Counted from the first letter of the stretch, positions 1 to 13,999 are shown. The stretch: 64,000 nt of DNA from Paramecium tetraurelia (GCA_000165425.1 CT868529.1:310001-374000); one strand, 5' to 3'. A program made the numbers and translations. The notes: a model not told the origin generated them from the sequence alone.

Positions 1-747
1 TATTTAAGTTGGCATTTTGATAAGTAAAGAAGCTTAATTGAAATTATTAAGTAATTTATATTAATTTATTTAAAACAGATCTTAAATTTCAACTTTACTT
101 GATCAAAGTTTGTATGAATGTGCGTAATATATTTCAGTGGGGAGCTCATAAGAAAATCATATCACATTATCATTGTATTCTAATAGATTTGTCCTTATTT
201 AAGAATAAGCAATTTTATTGCTCTCTTTTGAAATATTAATTTATTAATATTTAAGGAGATTGTACAAGATTCAAATTTAAAAATAAATGATTATTTTAAG
301 ATTATTACTCGGTCTAATATGGATAAAAGTGATGAATAGAAAGATTAAATTGAATTTCTTTTTAGTTTTCAATTTACATCTTTTGATATAGCAATTAAAT
401 CAATGATTAAGTGAAATATCCTTCAAAATTTGGATGATATGGTACCATTAGAAATTTGAATGAAATTTAATGAATTATTTTTATATAAAATAAAGTAGAT
501 TGAATAAGAACTATTGAGAACCCTTGTTAATTTGTCTTCAATTAATTAGAATTCATATTTGTAGCTTAAAACTCTTTTGATTAAATTTATTTTTCATTAT
601 ATCCTCTTAAATTGAGCGTTGATTTTTATAGGAAAAATTACAAATTATTATTATTACCTGTAAGTTAGTTATGAGTTCTAATTTATCAATTTCACAAAGT
701 TGTTTTAGTTGATGCTATTTATAATTTAATATTTATATAATTAATTT

Positions 748-3373
748 ATGCTTAATACTACTGAGCTTGACTAGACATTAAAAACTAATAAGGAGGCTTT
801 AGAAATTCCAAAGTTAATCGTTAACTCATCAAAAATTACTGTGGCTTCTTCAAATAATTTAAATAATAATAGTTAGGTTCCAGAAAAAAAAACTACTTTT
901 TTTCGTACTGAGGACAAGTTCTCAAGATTGGAGTAATATGAAGAAATTGATCGAAATGATGAATTGAACCTTCCTTTTGTTCCACCATAGGGATTCAAAG
1001 GACCAGTTGGTAAGTAAGTTTAATTTACTGATTAGTTGATCGGAAGGCAACTGATAAAGCATGGATAGGTTTATTTCTTATTGTATATGTGTTATACGGA
1101 GTTTACTCTTATTTTGTAATTGCAGGTGGAAATCCTGATAGATTGGCCAAATGGAATAGACTTTAGAGGCGAGATTTGTGGCATAGGGAGTTTAAAGAAT
1201 AAGCCCTTCTTATATTATGCTGGCCCAGTGATGGATATAGATGTGACCTGGTGTATTAGGTAATGTCCCCCATCGACAGGGAGAGAAACCTGCATGTACG
1301 ACACGGATCATATGACGGTGACTTCCTTTTGTTACATCCAAATGCAAGCAGATTAGATGGGTTATTACTGTATACCAAAAGAGCCCAAGAGCAGAGAACT
1401 TGTATTTGAATAGTTGGGATCAACGAGGAACACAATGAGAAGGATAGGATCAGATTTATGGCAATCTTGGGACATTACATTATGCGGCTTTGGCTTATCA
1501 ATTATTTTAAGTTATTTGTTTACAGTTCTGGCTAAATTTGAAAAAATCGCCGCTGGATTAATATGGGGAGCCATTATATTTGCAGAGGCTGGCTTACTTC
1601 TATACGGTTGGCTTTTCTATCTGGAATCAATTAGAGTAAATTATGGAATGAATTTAGGCCCACGAATTTAGATGTATTGATGGTATGAACTCAGATACTT
1701 GTGGTGGCCAAATAGTAACCACCTATTAGATATTAGCAATCGTATTTCTGGCTTTAGCAGCCATTTACTTAATTGTTACTTTAATACTTTTTAAGAGAAT
1801 TCAGAGAGGAATTTCCTTATTAAAAACTGCATAGCACATTATCCAAGTTTTAAGTTAGATTCGGTCATTTCCATTTATTGTTGCATTCATTGGATTGGTA
1901 GTGTGTTGTTTGGCATTTATCTTGGTATGTTTTGCAATGACAGTGGGGACAACAGAATTAACAAGAGCAAAATGTATAGATTTTATATATTAATTACTAA
2001 GATATTGATGGACATCTTCTTTACAAGGTCATCTACAATGATTACATATAGATGGGGCTAATCTATGTTGCATTTACTGTGTTTTTTACTTTAACTTTAA
2101 TTTTAACTATGAATGATATGTTCACGAGTTATGCCTTATCAGTTTGGTTTTTCACAAAATAGAAAGACACTGTCAGAATCCCTTATTGTTTTTCTTTCAA
2201 AACATTATTTCGTTACCATTTTGGTACTTGCGTGTTTATTGCTTTTAATCTCATGTTTCTTACAATTCCTCAATCAATAATGGATTATTCAAGAGTAGAT
2301 ATATTTATTATTCATAGAGTATTATGAGATTTCTTCCTTAAACCAGTAGTTGTGTAAGGTACACTTAGGCAAGTTGTATGGCATGTATTCATGCTTTTGA
2401 GGTGTTTTTAAGATATATATCTAAACATTCAGTTGTTTAAGTAGCCATTTGGTCTGAACCATATTATTAAAGTGCTAAGAAGGCTTACTTTTTAATCTTT
2501 AGAAATTAGGACAAAATTAAAGATTTAGATTTCCTTTAAACATTGATTGTATTCTAAATTAGAATGGCAACAGCATTTATGGCATCTATTCCAATTTATA
2601 TTTACATCAATTTTGCTGAATAAACATTTATGGGAAAACCAACATCAGGAATTGAATCACCAATCATCCCAACATTATATGTTTTCATTTGTGGAATGTT
2701 CTTTTCAAATATCTTCTAAGGCTCATATGATATTACTTGTAAAACCATTATCTAATTGTATTGCATGGACAGTGAAATGTTTTTTGGTGAATAAAGATTT
2801 GTGGAATAATTCATTCGAGAGTTTATGGAATTCGTAGGAAAAATAGAGGACAAGGAATGGAAGATAGGATTTACAAAATAAATTAAATTTAATAAAGATA
2901 AATTCAATGAGAAATTGAAAAATTATAATGATTCAGACAATGATTCGGAATCAGAATAAGAATATGATATTAATGAAGATGAAGAACCATAAAGTGATGA
3001 AAAAAAAGCAACTTAAAAAAAGAAAATCGAAGATGATCAATATTTTGATTATGATGAAAAAGTTGATAGAGGTAACGCTTTCATTGGATTACCTTTGGAG
3101 TATAAACCAAAAAATGATGTAACCAAGAAACCACCTGAAGAATTAGGAAATGCATCTCAATCTGTTATTCAAGATTAGACTATGGTCGCAGGAGATCAAA
3201 CTATGGCTTTAGGTAGCAATAAATAATTAAGACTCAAAACTCCCATTCTTAATACCAGTCAGTAGTCTTTCTAAATTTTATTAAACGCGAACGATAAAAG
3301 TTAAATTAGTTAAGTTAGTGATTTGGATGAAAAACCTTAAAGAGAGAAAGTTATCAAAAAATAAAGAATATGA
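748..3373 (+). CDS. Choline transporter-like (CTL/SLC44) protein with several tiny introns and an apparent +1 frameshift near 1150
   Basis: Ciliate-code translation gives RKATDKAWIGLFL..GNPDRLA/NGIDFRGEICG, a Cys-rich loop, multiple TM segments, VWFFTK and RYHFGT. Intron at 1010-1035; TGA at 3371-3373. Confidence 0.85.
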
Positions 3374-3388
3374 TCAATAAAATATATA

Positions 3389-4715
3389 TCAATCAATAAA
3401 TATTTTTAATAGTGAAGAGCATATTTAGTTTTCTAATCTTACTCGTATATCTATATCAACTCTCATTTCATCATTTCCTTTCATGGGATATTTGCATCTA
3501 TATCTTAATGATAAAAGTCTAAATAAATGTTGAAACTCAGCATCCTCTTCATTATTCTTATCACTCTTTCGCTTTTGAGTAGATAATTGAGCCAAGCATT
3601 CCTCTAACCATAAGTTTGTATTGTCTCTTCTTTCAGATAAATTAAATTGATCCTCCCCAAGTGCTATCCTTGCCATATGGTCATTCAAAATCAATTTGCC
3701 ATAATAAGGGAAATATATCTTGATAAATGATTTCATTCTATTATTGTTTACAATATTTACTTTCTGTACAAATATAAAACAACTAGAAATCCTCTGACAT
3801 TTCTACTTTTTAGTTCCTTTGCATTTATTGAGAATAATATGGCAGAACTCTATTTTCTATTGAAAGCTTGATTAGCAGATCTAACAAAAATTTCAAAAAT
3901 GATATCCGTAACAGATTCTCTCATATAATGCATCAATGCCAGAATTCCATCTAATAAATTTTTATCTTCTGAGATTTTAACATAGACAGGTTATGATTTC
4001 TATTTCATATCATCTTTATCTGCATTCATTTATAGACAATCTTTTAATTTACGTTATGTTTTGGCCAATTCAGTATTTGCATCATTCAATTCAGATTTTA
4101 ATTTGTTTATTTCATCTTATAAATTTTTAACTTAACGATTCAAATCTGAATTTGCTTTTTTCAAATTATCATTCTCAACTAAAACAGGTAGATTCATCTC
4201 CTTCTATTCATTCTAAACCTTTTTTCTTTCTTAGTTGATTGCTTCTTAAATTCTATTCGCAATTTGTGCTTTGAGCAATTAAAGTTCATTAGTGAGATCT
4301 TGAATTTATTAATCCTTCAATTTTAGAGTTCTCTCTAATTCTCTGAGTTTAGAAGGATCAAATTCATCTTTATTAGAAATTTGATATTTATTCTGCGGCA
4401 ATCTATTCAAATGGTAAAGTTCTTCTTCTAAATATTTCACTCTTCCATTTAGTCTAGAGAGTTCAATATTTCTTTTAATTAATCAAAAAAATACTTTTAT
4501 GCCACAACAGCTTCAAAATTGTATTACATATCCGTGATTATAGCTCTCAATCTCAAATTATCTTCCTCATGTAAACCCTTGATAAAATGCAATCTATCTA
4601 AGGTTTAGGATAGTGATGAGATTTCCTGAATATTGAACAAATTAAATACACTATTTCTGATATCAATTCCTTGAAGGAGATTTGGAATGAGATACTCGTC
4701 GTTAGCAATTTACAT
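3389..4715 (-). CDS. Hypothetical coiled-coil protein
   Basis: ATG at 4715 (MQIANDEYLIPNLLQG), E/K/Q-rich heptads, small introns. The ORF-track segment 3425-3736 continues through TAA=Gln to TGA at 3389-3391. Confidence 0.7.
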
Positions 4716-4883
4716 TTAATAATTTAATTTTACAATTAATGAAAATACAGCTCTGTATGTAATAACATTAGCATTATATGAGATTTCAAGATGGGTATTT
4801 TTATGTGCAATCAGATTTACTTGATTAGCATAATGAGACCCAAACTTTTTTGATTTATTAATATAATATATAAATTATTAAAC

Positions 4884-5160
4884 ATGTCTCAAGAACACGA
4901 TTTAGATGACATAGCTGAACAACAATTGGCAGAATAAACTGCTCTAAGCTAGATTCCTTCAATTCCTGATCAGGCCTTGCCAACTCGACAATATTTAGAG
5001 AAAGCAGTTATCGATCAATTGCATGGTAGATTTAGTTAATTAAATTCAAGATGCCTTAAAGGCTTTGGCAAGGGAGAGACCCAAAAATCCAATCGAATTT
5101 TTTTCATATTATTTGTTGACTCAGCATTGCAACAAAAAGCAAGAATTACAAGAATAATGA
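4884..5160 (+). CDS. DPY30: Dpy-30 domain protein
   Basis: LPTRQYLEKAVIDQLHDALKALARERPKNPIEFFSYYLL is a typical Dpy-30 motif; one 25-nt intron at 5026-5050. Confidence 0.85.
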
Positions 5161-5216
5161 AATTAACTGCAGTATAATTGTATAATCCCAATGTGATAAT
5201 AATTATTTAAATATTA

Positions 5217-6038
5217 ATGCTTAAGCATCTTTATGATACAGATTGCGTAACTTGGTCTCCACAAGGAAAATTGTTTCAAGTGGAATATGCTATGGAGGCA
5301 GTCAAATAGGGAAGTATTTGTTTAGGCCTCAAATCAAATGATTTTGTTGTATTATGCAGTCTGAAACGATAACCATCTGAATTAGCTGGTTATTAAGAAA
5401 AGTAATTCAAAATTGATGATCACATGGCAATTGCAATAGCTGGCTTAACTGCTGATGCTCGTAATATCCATTTATAATTTATTTAGGGGTACTCTGTAAA
5501 TATATGAGAACAGAATGTTTAGAATATAAATATACATATGAATCTCATCATCCAGTTGGAAGACTAGTATTCAAAGTGGCAGAAAGTATTTTAATACCAC
5601 ATAATTCAAGAGTCACAACATAAAACATAGAGTGGAGCCAAAAGACCCTATGGAGTAGGATTATTAGTTGCAGGCATCGATCCAAATGGTGTACATTTGT
5701 TTGAGACTTGCCCATCAGGAAACTATTATGAATATAAGTGTCAAGCAATAGGTTCAAGATCATAGGCAGCCAGAACTTATTTTGAAAGTTGGTTCCATCT
5801 ATTCGAGAAAAGCACTTTAGAATAGCTAATTCTACATGGCTTGAGTGCTCTTAAGAAGGCAATCATGGAAGACGAAGAGTATTTATTCAATTGCTATTTT
5901 AGATTAAATGAAAAAAATGTAGAAGTGGGAATTCTAGGGAAAAATCAGAAATTCATTCATCTTAATGCATAAGAATTAAAAGACTATATAGTAAAATTAG
6001 AAACATTCAATGCAAACACTTAAATTCAGCAAGAGTGA
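5217..6038 (+). CDS. PSMA1: 20S proteasome subunit alpha type-1 (alpha6)
   Basis: [73 protein letters not shown]; three tiny introns. Confidence 0.93.
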
Positions 6039-6092
6039 TGGTTAAATATTAATAATATTGGATATATTTATATAGAAACACTTGAGGTCCAA

Positions 6093-8399
6093 TCATTTTT
6101 CTATATTAAACTTTTATCCATATGCAAAGTTAGTATTTAGCTTTGTATCTCTTCTATCTGGTTACTTTTGTTTTTCTAGAAATTATTACTATTAATACTA
6201 ATTTGCTCCTTTTCTTCCTTTCCCCACTCTTCAATCACTAATTTGTAATCAAATCTACGGACATCTGATTCGCCTTATAACTCAAATAATCTTAAAAAGA
6301 AATAATCAAAGGCTTCACTGCTGAGATTTATTCCAATATAGTTAAATGCCTTAGTTAACTAATCTTTTGTCAATAGAGCCTAATTAAATGTGGGCAAATA
6401 GGATAAAATTGACTTTTTAAATTTAATTATTTAAGCACTAATCTCATTATTATATTATCGTTCTTCATCCTCTGTGAATAATCTACATTTTCCTACTATT
6501 TGTTTAAAAATGCTTCTCACTATTTATAATTGACTGGATGCCTCTTCATCATATTCTACAAAATCTTATGAGTTATCTTCAATCATATATCTAGCCAATA
6601 AGTACATTTTCTCGACGTCTTTTAACTCAAAAGGTCTGTCACTTAATTTTAAAGCAATATCTTTTATTGAGATCTTGCCTTTTTATTTTATCTAAGGATC
6701 AAAAAAGTCATTTTCAACTACATCTTCTAATTTTAATTTCCTCAATCTAAATCTCATATTCAATTCTAAGCCTAAGTCTTTAATATCTTCTTATTTAACT
6801 GTTCTTCTTCTTCTGATACCACCACTCTATGGTCGCTGTTTATTATTTGATTTATCTTCCTAGTGTAATCCTAATTGGTTGCCATAATTATGGTTTTATA
6901 GTTAATTTATAGGTAATTAAGACAGAGGGGGTTTGGAATCCTTTTCAAAACTTGGTATAACACCCATAGTACCCATTTTTGCTAATTTAGTTGTTGAAGT
7001 TCTTTCACTTTTTCTCTCAGATTTCTAATACTATAGATATTCTTCAGAGATATCTTACTATGCAACTTATAATAATAAATTCTTAAATTTATCGTCTACT
7101 AATTCAAATTAATTCTTATAATATTCCATATCATTTTCTAATTACTTTCTTTCTTTTTCTAATTATTTAAAGTTCTCTTATTCATAATATTTCATTTCCT
7201 ATATTTGTTTTTCTAATTGAGTTATAGTTTCATTCTTTTCATCATTATTAATTTTAAATTCAATAATATTTTATTCTAATTCTCTAATGTGCAAATCATC
7301 ATTATGAGTTTTGGTTGCTTTAATAATTAAATTGTTGTTAATGGTCTTTAAATTTTAGATTTCTTATTATAAAATTTCGCATTTATTATTGTATTCTTAT
7401 ACTTATTATTATAATTGCTTTGTTTGTTCCTCCGCTCTTATTTTCAATGAATCAAATTATTCACATTTAACTTATGCATCGAGCAATTCTTCATCCTTTA
7501 ATTTAATCAGTCCATTAAATTAATCCATTTCCTATTAAAGAGAATTGATAACTTTCATCTGAACATAAAATTTCTCTTCAAAATTATCCATCTAAACAGC
7601 CCTAATATCAAAAATGTTAATACATCTTTTAAGCTGCCTAATTTCTTAATGCTTAATCCAACAAACTTCTAAGTCTGATTGATTCTTCTATATAGTTTTT
7701 TAACTCAGCTTCAATTTCTTAAATTTTTGTTAATTTTATATGTTTCTTCAATATTGTTAATTCTGCCTCTCTCTCTGTCAACTATGACTTTACATCTTTC
7801 AGAGTTTTTTTAAGGTTGTTCATCAAAAGATAATCACCTAATGGTTGATGTCCTTGACCAGTTTGGATGTAATTATCCAAATTATCAAGAAGTTTTTCTA
7901 ATTTTGAATTCTCCTTTTAAAGTTACCCATTTTTAGTTTTGGATCTAATATTCTCCTCTGTCAATTTATTTATTTATTATTTGAGTTCAAATTATTCCTC
8001 ATAAAGTGTTTCTTTTTCTTTCTTGATATTTTTAGGTAACTTCTTATCTGCAAACTATGAAGGCGGATGTAATAAGATGGCATTAATACTTAATTTTAAC
8101 AATCATTATATACTCTATTCCTTGCTTATCAAAATTATCATAATCTTACTCTTCTATAATGACTTCTTCGTCAGTTCTTTTCTTCCCTCTGGATTAAGAA
8201 GTAAATGTTACAATTTAGAATTTTTTGTTACTATGGCTGAATGTGGTCTAACATTAGGTAACTTCTTTGTGCCTCCATAGGTGTTTGCCAATTAAGCAGG
8301 CATACGAGACTTCGCACTATCAGGACGCCCTTTTAAATTGTATGCCTAAATTTCATTAAATTTTACTGAAGAAGGTCGACTTTAAAAATCGAATTCCAT
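6093..8399 (-). CDS. Hypothetical protein: low-complexity N-terminus, coiled coil, helical C-terminal region
   Basis: ATG at 8399 (MEFDFQSRPSS), long frame open in the ciliate code. A 23-nt intron near 6178-6200 leads to TGA at 6093-6095. Confidence 0.65.
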
Positions 8400-8426
8400 T
8401 TATAATTTAAATAATAATTGATTCAT

Positions 8427-8930
8427 TCATTCAACAATAATATCTATATTATTGATTTCATCCTCTACTTTATTTTTATTAAATAATTAAATTTAGATAT
8501 CATCATCATCCCAATACAGCCTTATTCCTCTACTTTCCCATTTGTGATTATATTCATCCAATTTTAATTAAACTTATTTTTCTGCTCTTTCGAAACTAAA
8601 GAATGGACAGAGCAAAGAAAACCCACAACTGAATGGAATTAACATATATGAAAGTGTGATTAGTTTTTAAGAAGGCCAATTAATTGCTATTGTTTTATTT
8701 AGATCATCAAAAAATAACCTTAGATCTTGATCACTAATGTACTCAATAATTAATGTATTTTGTCTCAAAAAATAGTAAGGATATAGTTTAGATAACACAA
8801 ATCTACTGCCTTTTGTTTTTAAATTAATTACCGCGTTGGCGTCATATAATTAACTGTATTGTCTCTTTAATTTATTTTTAGTTGTTTATGTATGAGTTTA
8901 TATTTCCGAAGATTTTTTATTTTAAAACAT
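8427..8930 (-). CDS. Small protein, probable Erf4/Golgin-A7 family
   Basis: Intronless 167-aa ORF. YISDQDLRLFFDDLNKTIAINWP..IPFSCGFSLLCP..KLDEYNHKWESRGIRL resembles the Erf4/GOLGA7 pattern (by eye only). Confidence 0.55.
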
Positions 8931-9117
8931 AATTATATTTATCTAAGTTTTGAATTTACTTTTATGAATAAAAATCAAAGTATGAATTAGATAAAGGGCG
9001 ATATTAATGTTTATCTAAAATTATAAAACTAGGATATCAATTAATATTTATTTGAGTAAAGCAAATGAAATTACTAAATTATTTAATATGATTAATTGTT
9101 TAATATTATTAATCGTT

Positions 9118-10828
9118 TCATTCGGCATGTCCAAGTTTTGCTGCTTTATAATCTTCTGCAAAATGCAACAAAGAAGCTGTAAAGACTGCTAACATTTTTG
9201 CTTTACCCTAAGTTAAGATAAATGAAATGGTCTACATCTCTTATTTATTCCCAAATTAAAAACACTGTAGCGCCCAATCTTCTAGCAACTGAGATCACAT
9301 ACTTGGCATTACTCTCGATTTCTTCTGGGGTTTCACCTTAAGAATTGAATGATTAACCATAATTACCTTTTTAAACAAAGTCCCAATCAATAGCTCTTGG
9401 CTCAATTGAATTCAAAAGTCTGAAGAAGAAATGACTTGTCTTAGCCTTTGGATCCTTGAATGAAGCTAATCTCTCAGCTTCAGGGACCTTCTTATTGGCT
9501 GCCTCTAAGATTTGGTCATCCTTTTGGTCTCCCATTGTCTATTGGATTATGATAAAATGAATTACCTTTAAGACATCTAATCTAAACAATTACCAGATGA
9601 CACCCAAGATGAGTTTCTTCTTTCCATCTACAAAATCAACTCCACCAACGTTGACAAGAGTAATTTTGAATGTTTTAGCTTATTCCAAAGAGTAGTTAGC
9701 ATTTTGAACTTTAATAATTCTTGATTTGGCTGGGATTTTAACATTCTTCCAATTAATTGTTTATGGCTTTAATCTTTCTAACAATCTATTGAGATTGATT
9801 CCATCTCTCATGTCTTCAATTAAATTATTGATGTATCCATCTTCTATATTAAGACTGTTAATCCACATTTTGAATACTCTTTCATCCATGCTGCTTTCAG
9901 GATCATCATCTTCTTATAACATTTTCGTTTTTTCATAATCTTCTTGACTTGGTGTCAATCCAGGACAAGCATTGAAAATTTAAGCACAGAACAACAAGTT
10001 CAATTTTGAATTTCCTTTAACTATATGGACTGGTCTCATGAATTTAGGAACACCAATAGATTCAGCATTTTATATAATAGTTTTAGCTCTGTTTTCTGGA
10101 TCTTAACCGAGTCCATCCAAGCTACATCTATCCTTATCTAATTGATTGAGCAAGACTATATAGTTTTCACCATCTTGCAAGTCCTTATCAAAGTTATTTA
10201 CTTGTCTTTGAGCTTTGGCTTCTTTCAAATGATGATTGAACCATCTTAAAAGCAATTAATCAGGTGGTAATTTAAGAATGTCTCCTATTTCTTCTTCCTC
10301 CTTTTTGAGTCTTATCAAGAATGGATTTTCTTTCAAATTTACCATTTTTGTTGTTTAAATCTATTACATTATGGAATAATAATACCTTAATGATTTACCA
10401 AACCAATCCAAGAATAATGTGCTCTCTTCTATCTTTAATTAAGTCGGGTCTGATATTAACAACTACACATCCGATTGATTTGGCTGATTGGATGGCTAAA
10501 TTCAAGTTGATCTATAAGAATATATGTCATTCAGAAATACATTTTCATTGAAGATGTTGAGTGGCTTCTTCACATTTATGGCTCTTGGATCAATTGCTCT
10601 ATGTTATGCCAAATTGATGATTTTACAAAGAAGAATACCATCTCCCACTTTGATAAACATATCATTTGTTTCTGGATCCATTGGCAAAATGTCAGCAACA
10701 TCTTTGTCGTCTCTAAGGTAGTAATTGATGTGATCACAAAAGGATGACACCTCGTCTTGAGAATAAGTGTGATGAGATCCATCACCCTTTTCTACCTTTA
10801 AGGCTTGCATTTGCTTCAGATTATCCAT
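9118..10828 (-). CDS. Fimbrin/plastin, four CH domains, no N-terminal EF-hands
   Basis: HTYSQDEVSSFCDHINYYL, VGDGILLCKIIN, AKSIGCVVVNI, LGLVWQIIK, LPPDQLLLRWFNHHL, GNSKLNLLFCAQIFN, ERVFKMWINSL, NAKYVISVARRLGA. Confidence 0.95.
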
Positions 10829-10850
10829 GTTATTTAATAATATAATTTAA

Positions 10851-11375
10851 TCAAGATATTTCTTTGTCTTAAATTGCGGAATTTTATTACAACGCTATAT
10901 CTTCCTGGTGTTACTTTTCAATCACTTATTCTGTTTTCTCTTTATTTTTATTTTTTTTCTTAGCACTCTTATTTTTAGACTCCACTGTATGCTTTTTCAA
11001 TATTGCTATTCTCTTTTTGTATTCTATCGATTTTTGAAAATCCTTTAGATTGCAAATGCACATATGATAATCATCCAGTTCAGTCTCCGGAATCACCATA
11101 GCATGGTTTTCCTTATCTATCTCCTCATCATCTATAAAGGAGTCCTCTTGATCATACACATTTTGACCCTTTTCATAAGCAATATCCTTTTGCATAGCTC
11201 CTGTTTTCCGAGCAATTTAATAAGGGTTGTCTAATTTACCGTATTGAGCGCATCTTTAGACGATATTATCAATTAGATTCCTTTTTACATTATGAATTTG
11301 CTCTTCCTAATATATGGGAGACTTAAAGAATTTCCCTTCAGGGGTCTCAATATCAATTACAATCCATTCATCCAT
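10851..11375 (-). CDS. HPC2/ubinuclein-related (HUN/HRD domain) small protein
   Basis: Intronless 174-aa ORF containing YDQEDSFIDDEE, which matches the YDxxDxFIDD histone H3.3-binding motif, followed by a Lys-rich tail. Confidence 0.7.
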
Positions 11376-11464
11376 TTCTAATACAATTTTATTTAGTTTT
11401 AAAATTATCTTGCAATATATAATATATTGATAAAAATTAATTGTTACAACATAAATAAATTTAC

Positions 11465-12215
11465 TCAGTTTTTCATATAATATGTATAATATCTCCTAAT
11501 AAACTTAACTCATCATTGATAGTATTTAAATAATACATTAATTACTTACTTTTAATCATTTTAATATACTTAGTTTTTTCCTATTTGAATCAGCACTTTA
11601 ATTTTACAATGTTATTTATTATTAATACTCCATCTTTCACTCTTAATAGTAAAACACATCTTCTAATACTTGGATTCAAAAATTCTATTTATTTCTAATA
11701 TAAATCATTTAGAACTTTATTCTAAAACTTTTTCAACTAAAAATACAAATCTTCTTCTAATAATAGTTTTTTCCACAAAAAATTAGTATCATCTAGCTAT
11801 TTTTTCAAATTAATATTCATGTATAGGTAAAGATGCTATAAAAAACTATTGAATTTCACTATCAATACATTTTGATCGAAATTGAACTTAATATTAAATG
11901 ATTCTTTATATATATCCCATTTAATTGGATAATATAATTTCGTGTTATAGCCTAAAAAAAATGATTCAAATTAATCTCTAACAATAGAAAATTAATGTGA
12001 TTTACAAATTATCCAATTTTATTGAATCATATCATTTTAATTGTTATCAAGTTAATACAGATTTATTTTATGTCTTAAGACTAAATTTTTGGCTTGGAGT
12101 TAATAAGAATTGTACTTGGAGAATCTACATTCTACTTCTATGGAAAGGAAGAAATATTGATTATTTATAATATTGTTGGTTAGAGAATAGATATAATTTA
12201 TTTAATTTTATTCAT
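11465..12215 (-). CDS. Hypothetical protein
   Basis: ATG at 12215, coding-like composition, TGA at 11465-11467. No recognisable motif; frame not fully verified. Confidence 0.4.
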
Positions 12216-12341
12216 AACTTATTTAAATAAAATGATACTGAAGTTTATTTGCAATATGCTAGATATAATTCATCAACAAAATTAGTAAATTAGAATAAAA
12301 TAAATCTATTATTTCTCATATTTATCATAATAAAAATTAAT

Positions 12342-13272
12342 ATGAGTTTGTCATTTTCTTCATTTGGAAAAATTCTTGAAAAAACCAAACCAATCGCAGT
12401 TGATGAAGTTATAAATCTCAATGGACACATTCTACCCACTATTTAAAAGGATAAGAAGTAAAGAAATTGAAATGATAAAGCAAGCTCTAAATGTTTTCTC
12501 TGTTAAGAAAATTTGAAGGGAGACAGGTAAACGAATCGTTTCCATTTAATTCTGTCTCTAGGAGAGCTAAACCAGCTCTGTGTTGTTTAATGCCTGAGAA
12601 ATCATACGAAGCAAAATACACACCAAAATTTGATGTAGTTTAGTGTAAGTCTCCTTCTTTTGATTTTGGATAAAGATCTAAAAGTTAAATCAGAACAAGG
12701 TCTATCTCAATTTGTAGTCAAGATTACTATATCGATTAATACACATCGTTTAGAACAATATCAAAATCATCAAAAGGGTAAGCTGAAAAGAAAAGCACAA
12801 GCTCTCAAACAAGAGAAGAATGTCCCAAATTTTAGCATTACTTAAAAGTATAACTTACAAAGAATAAGAGAAGCAAAACTAATAATTGCTCTCCTGATTT
12901 CAACAAATATACAGATCGGAAGTGTAATTAGAGAGAGTTTTTACAATAATATGATTTACTAGGAGTAAATTATGCAAGAATAGTAAAATTTATATAAAAT
13001 AATGAAAGAATAAAAGACTTGATGTGGGGTATGTTGAGTTTGGTAAATTTACTGACAAAGTAGTCATGAAGTAAGACAGAGCCGAAACACCTCCATCAGT
13101 TCGTTTGGATTACGACTTTGATAAGCCAAAATAAGTCAGAAACATTTATTTAAGCAACAATAAACCAACGCAACCAAAACTAAAGCCTAAGTTACTACTA
13201 CCATTAATTAATGATTCTAGGTAAAGATATGTAAAAAGAATGCAAGAGTTAATTTCCTGGTCGAATTAATGA
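12342..13272 (+). CDS. Hypothetical protein
   Basis: ATG at 12342 (MSLSFSSFGKILEK), tiny introns, ends ELISWSNQ-TGA at 13270-13272. Confidence 0.65.
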
Positions 13273-13325
13273 ATAATATTATTAATTTATATAATAAATA
13301 TATATAGATAGATCTAAATTATTTA

Positions 13326-13971
13326 TCAGCAGCATTTTTTGTTTTTTTGTTAAACTTAATACAGACTTTTAGACGTACCTCTAACAAATTCAGGATTCTC
13401 TAATTCCATTTGGGATGCCATGGTGCCAACTTTATCGAACATTTCCTCGATATTTTATTTATATCAAACCTTCTATTCCTTATCCAGTCTTTGCGGATAC
13501 TAAAAATAGCTCAGCATTAATTGAAACTGCAAATTTCTTAGCTTCCGTATAGGTGACAACGTCATTCTCCAAATCAACTTTATTCCCACATAAAGCCAAA
13601 ATCATCCTCTTTCCATCGCAATTCTCCTTCAAATCCTCATGCCATCTTGCTAAACTGCGAAAAGAATCCTTATTTGTAATATCATACACCAAAATGGCAA
13701 TTTAGGATTCTAATATTCTATATATCAAGTTCAAACGAATACATCTATAATATATTTTAGTAAGGGCACGAAAAGCTTCTTGACCTGCTGTGTCCCACAA
13801 TTGAAATGTTATATCCTCTCCATTTATGTTAATGGTTTTAGATAGAAATGAACTTCCAATTGTTGGTTCCGTCTTCCCATCGTATTAATTGTTGACTATT
13901 CTTTTTACAATGCAACTTTTTCCCACATTTGAACTTCCTAAAAACACTGTTTTAAATTATCTATTGTTCAT
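13326..13971 (-). CDS. Rab family GTPase (Rab5/6-like)
   Basis: G1 GSSNVGKS, effector EPTIGSSF, G3 WDTAGQE, G4 GNKVD, G5 VSAKTG, C-terminal KKCC prenylation site; two introns. Confidence 0.93.
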
Positions 13972-13999
13972 CTTACTTTTATAAAATATTACAAATTAA

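Noticed and set aside
9726..10721. Plus-strand ORFs in the ORF track (also 13979-14236, 28333-28575, 33132-33338, 40777-41022, 57344-57571, 60201-60443)
   Set aside because: They are antisense shadows of well-supported genes on the opposite strand.
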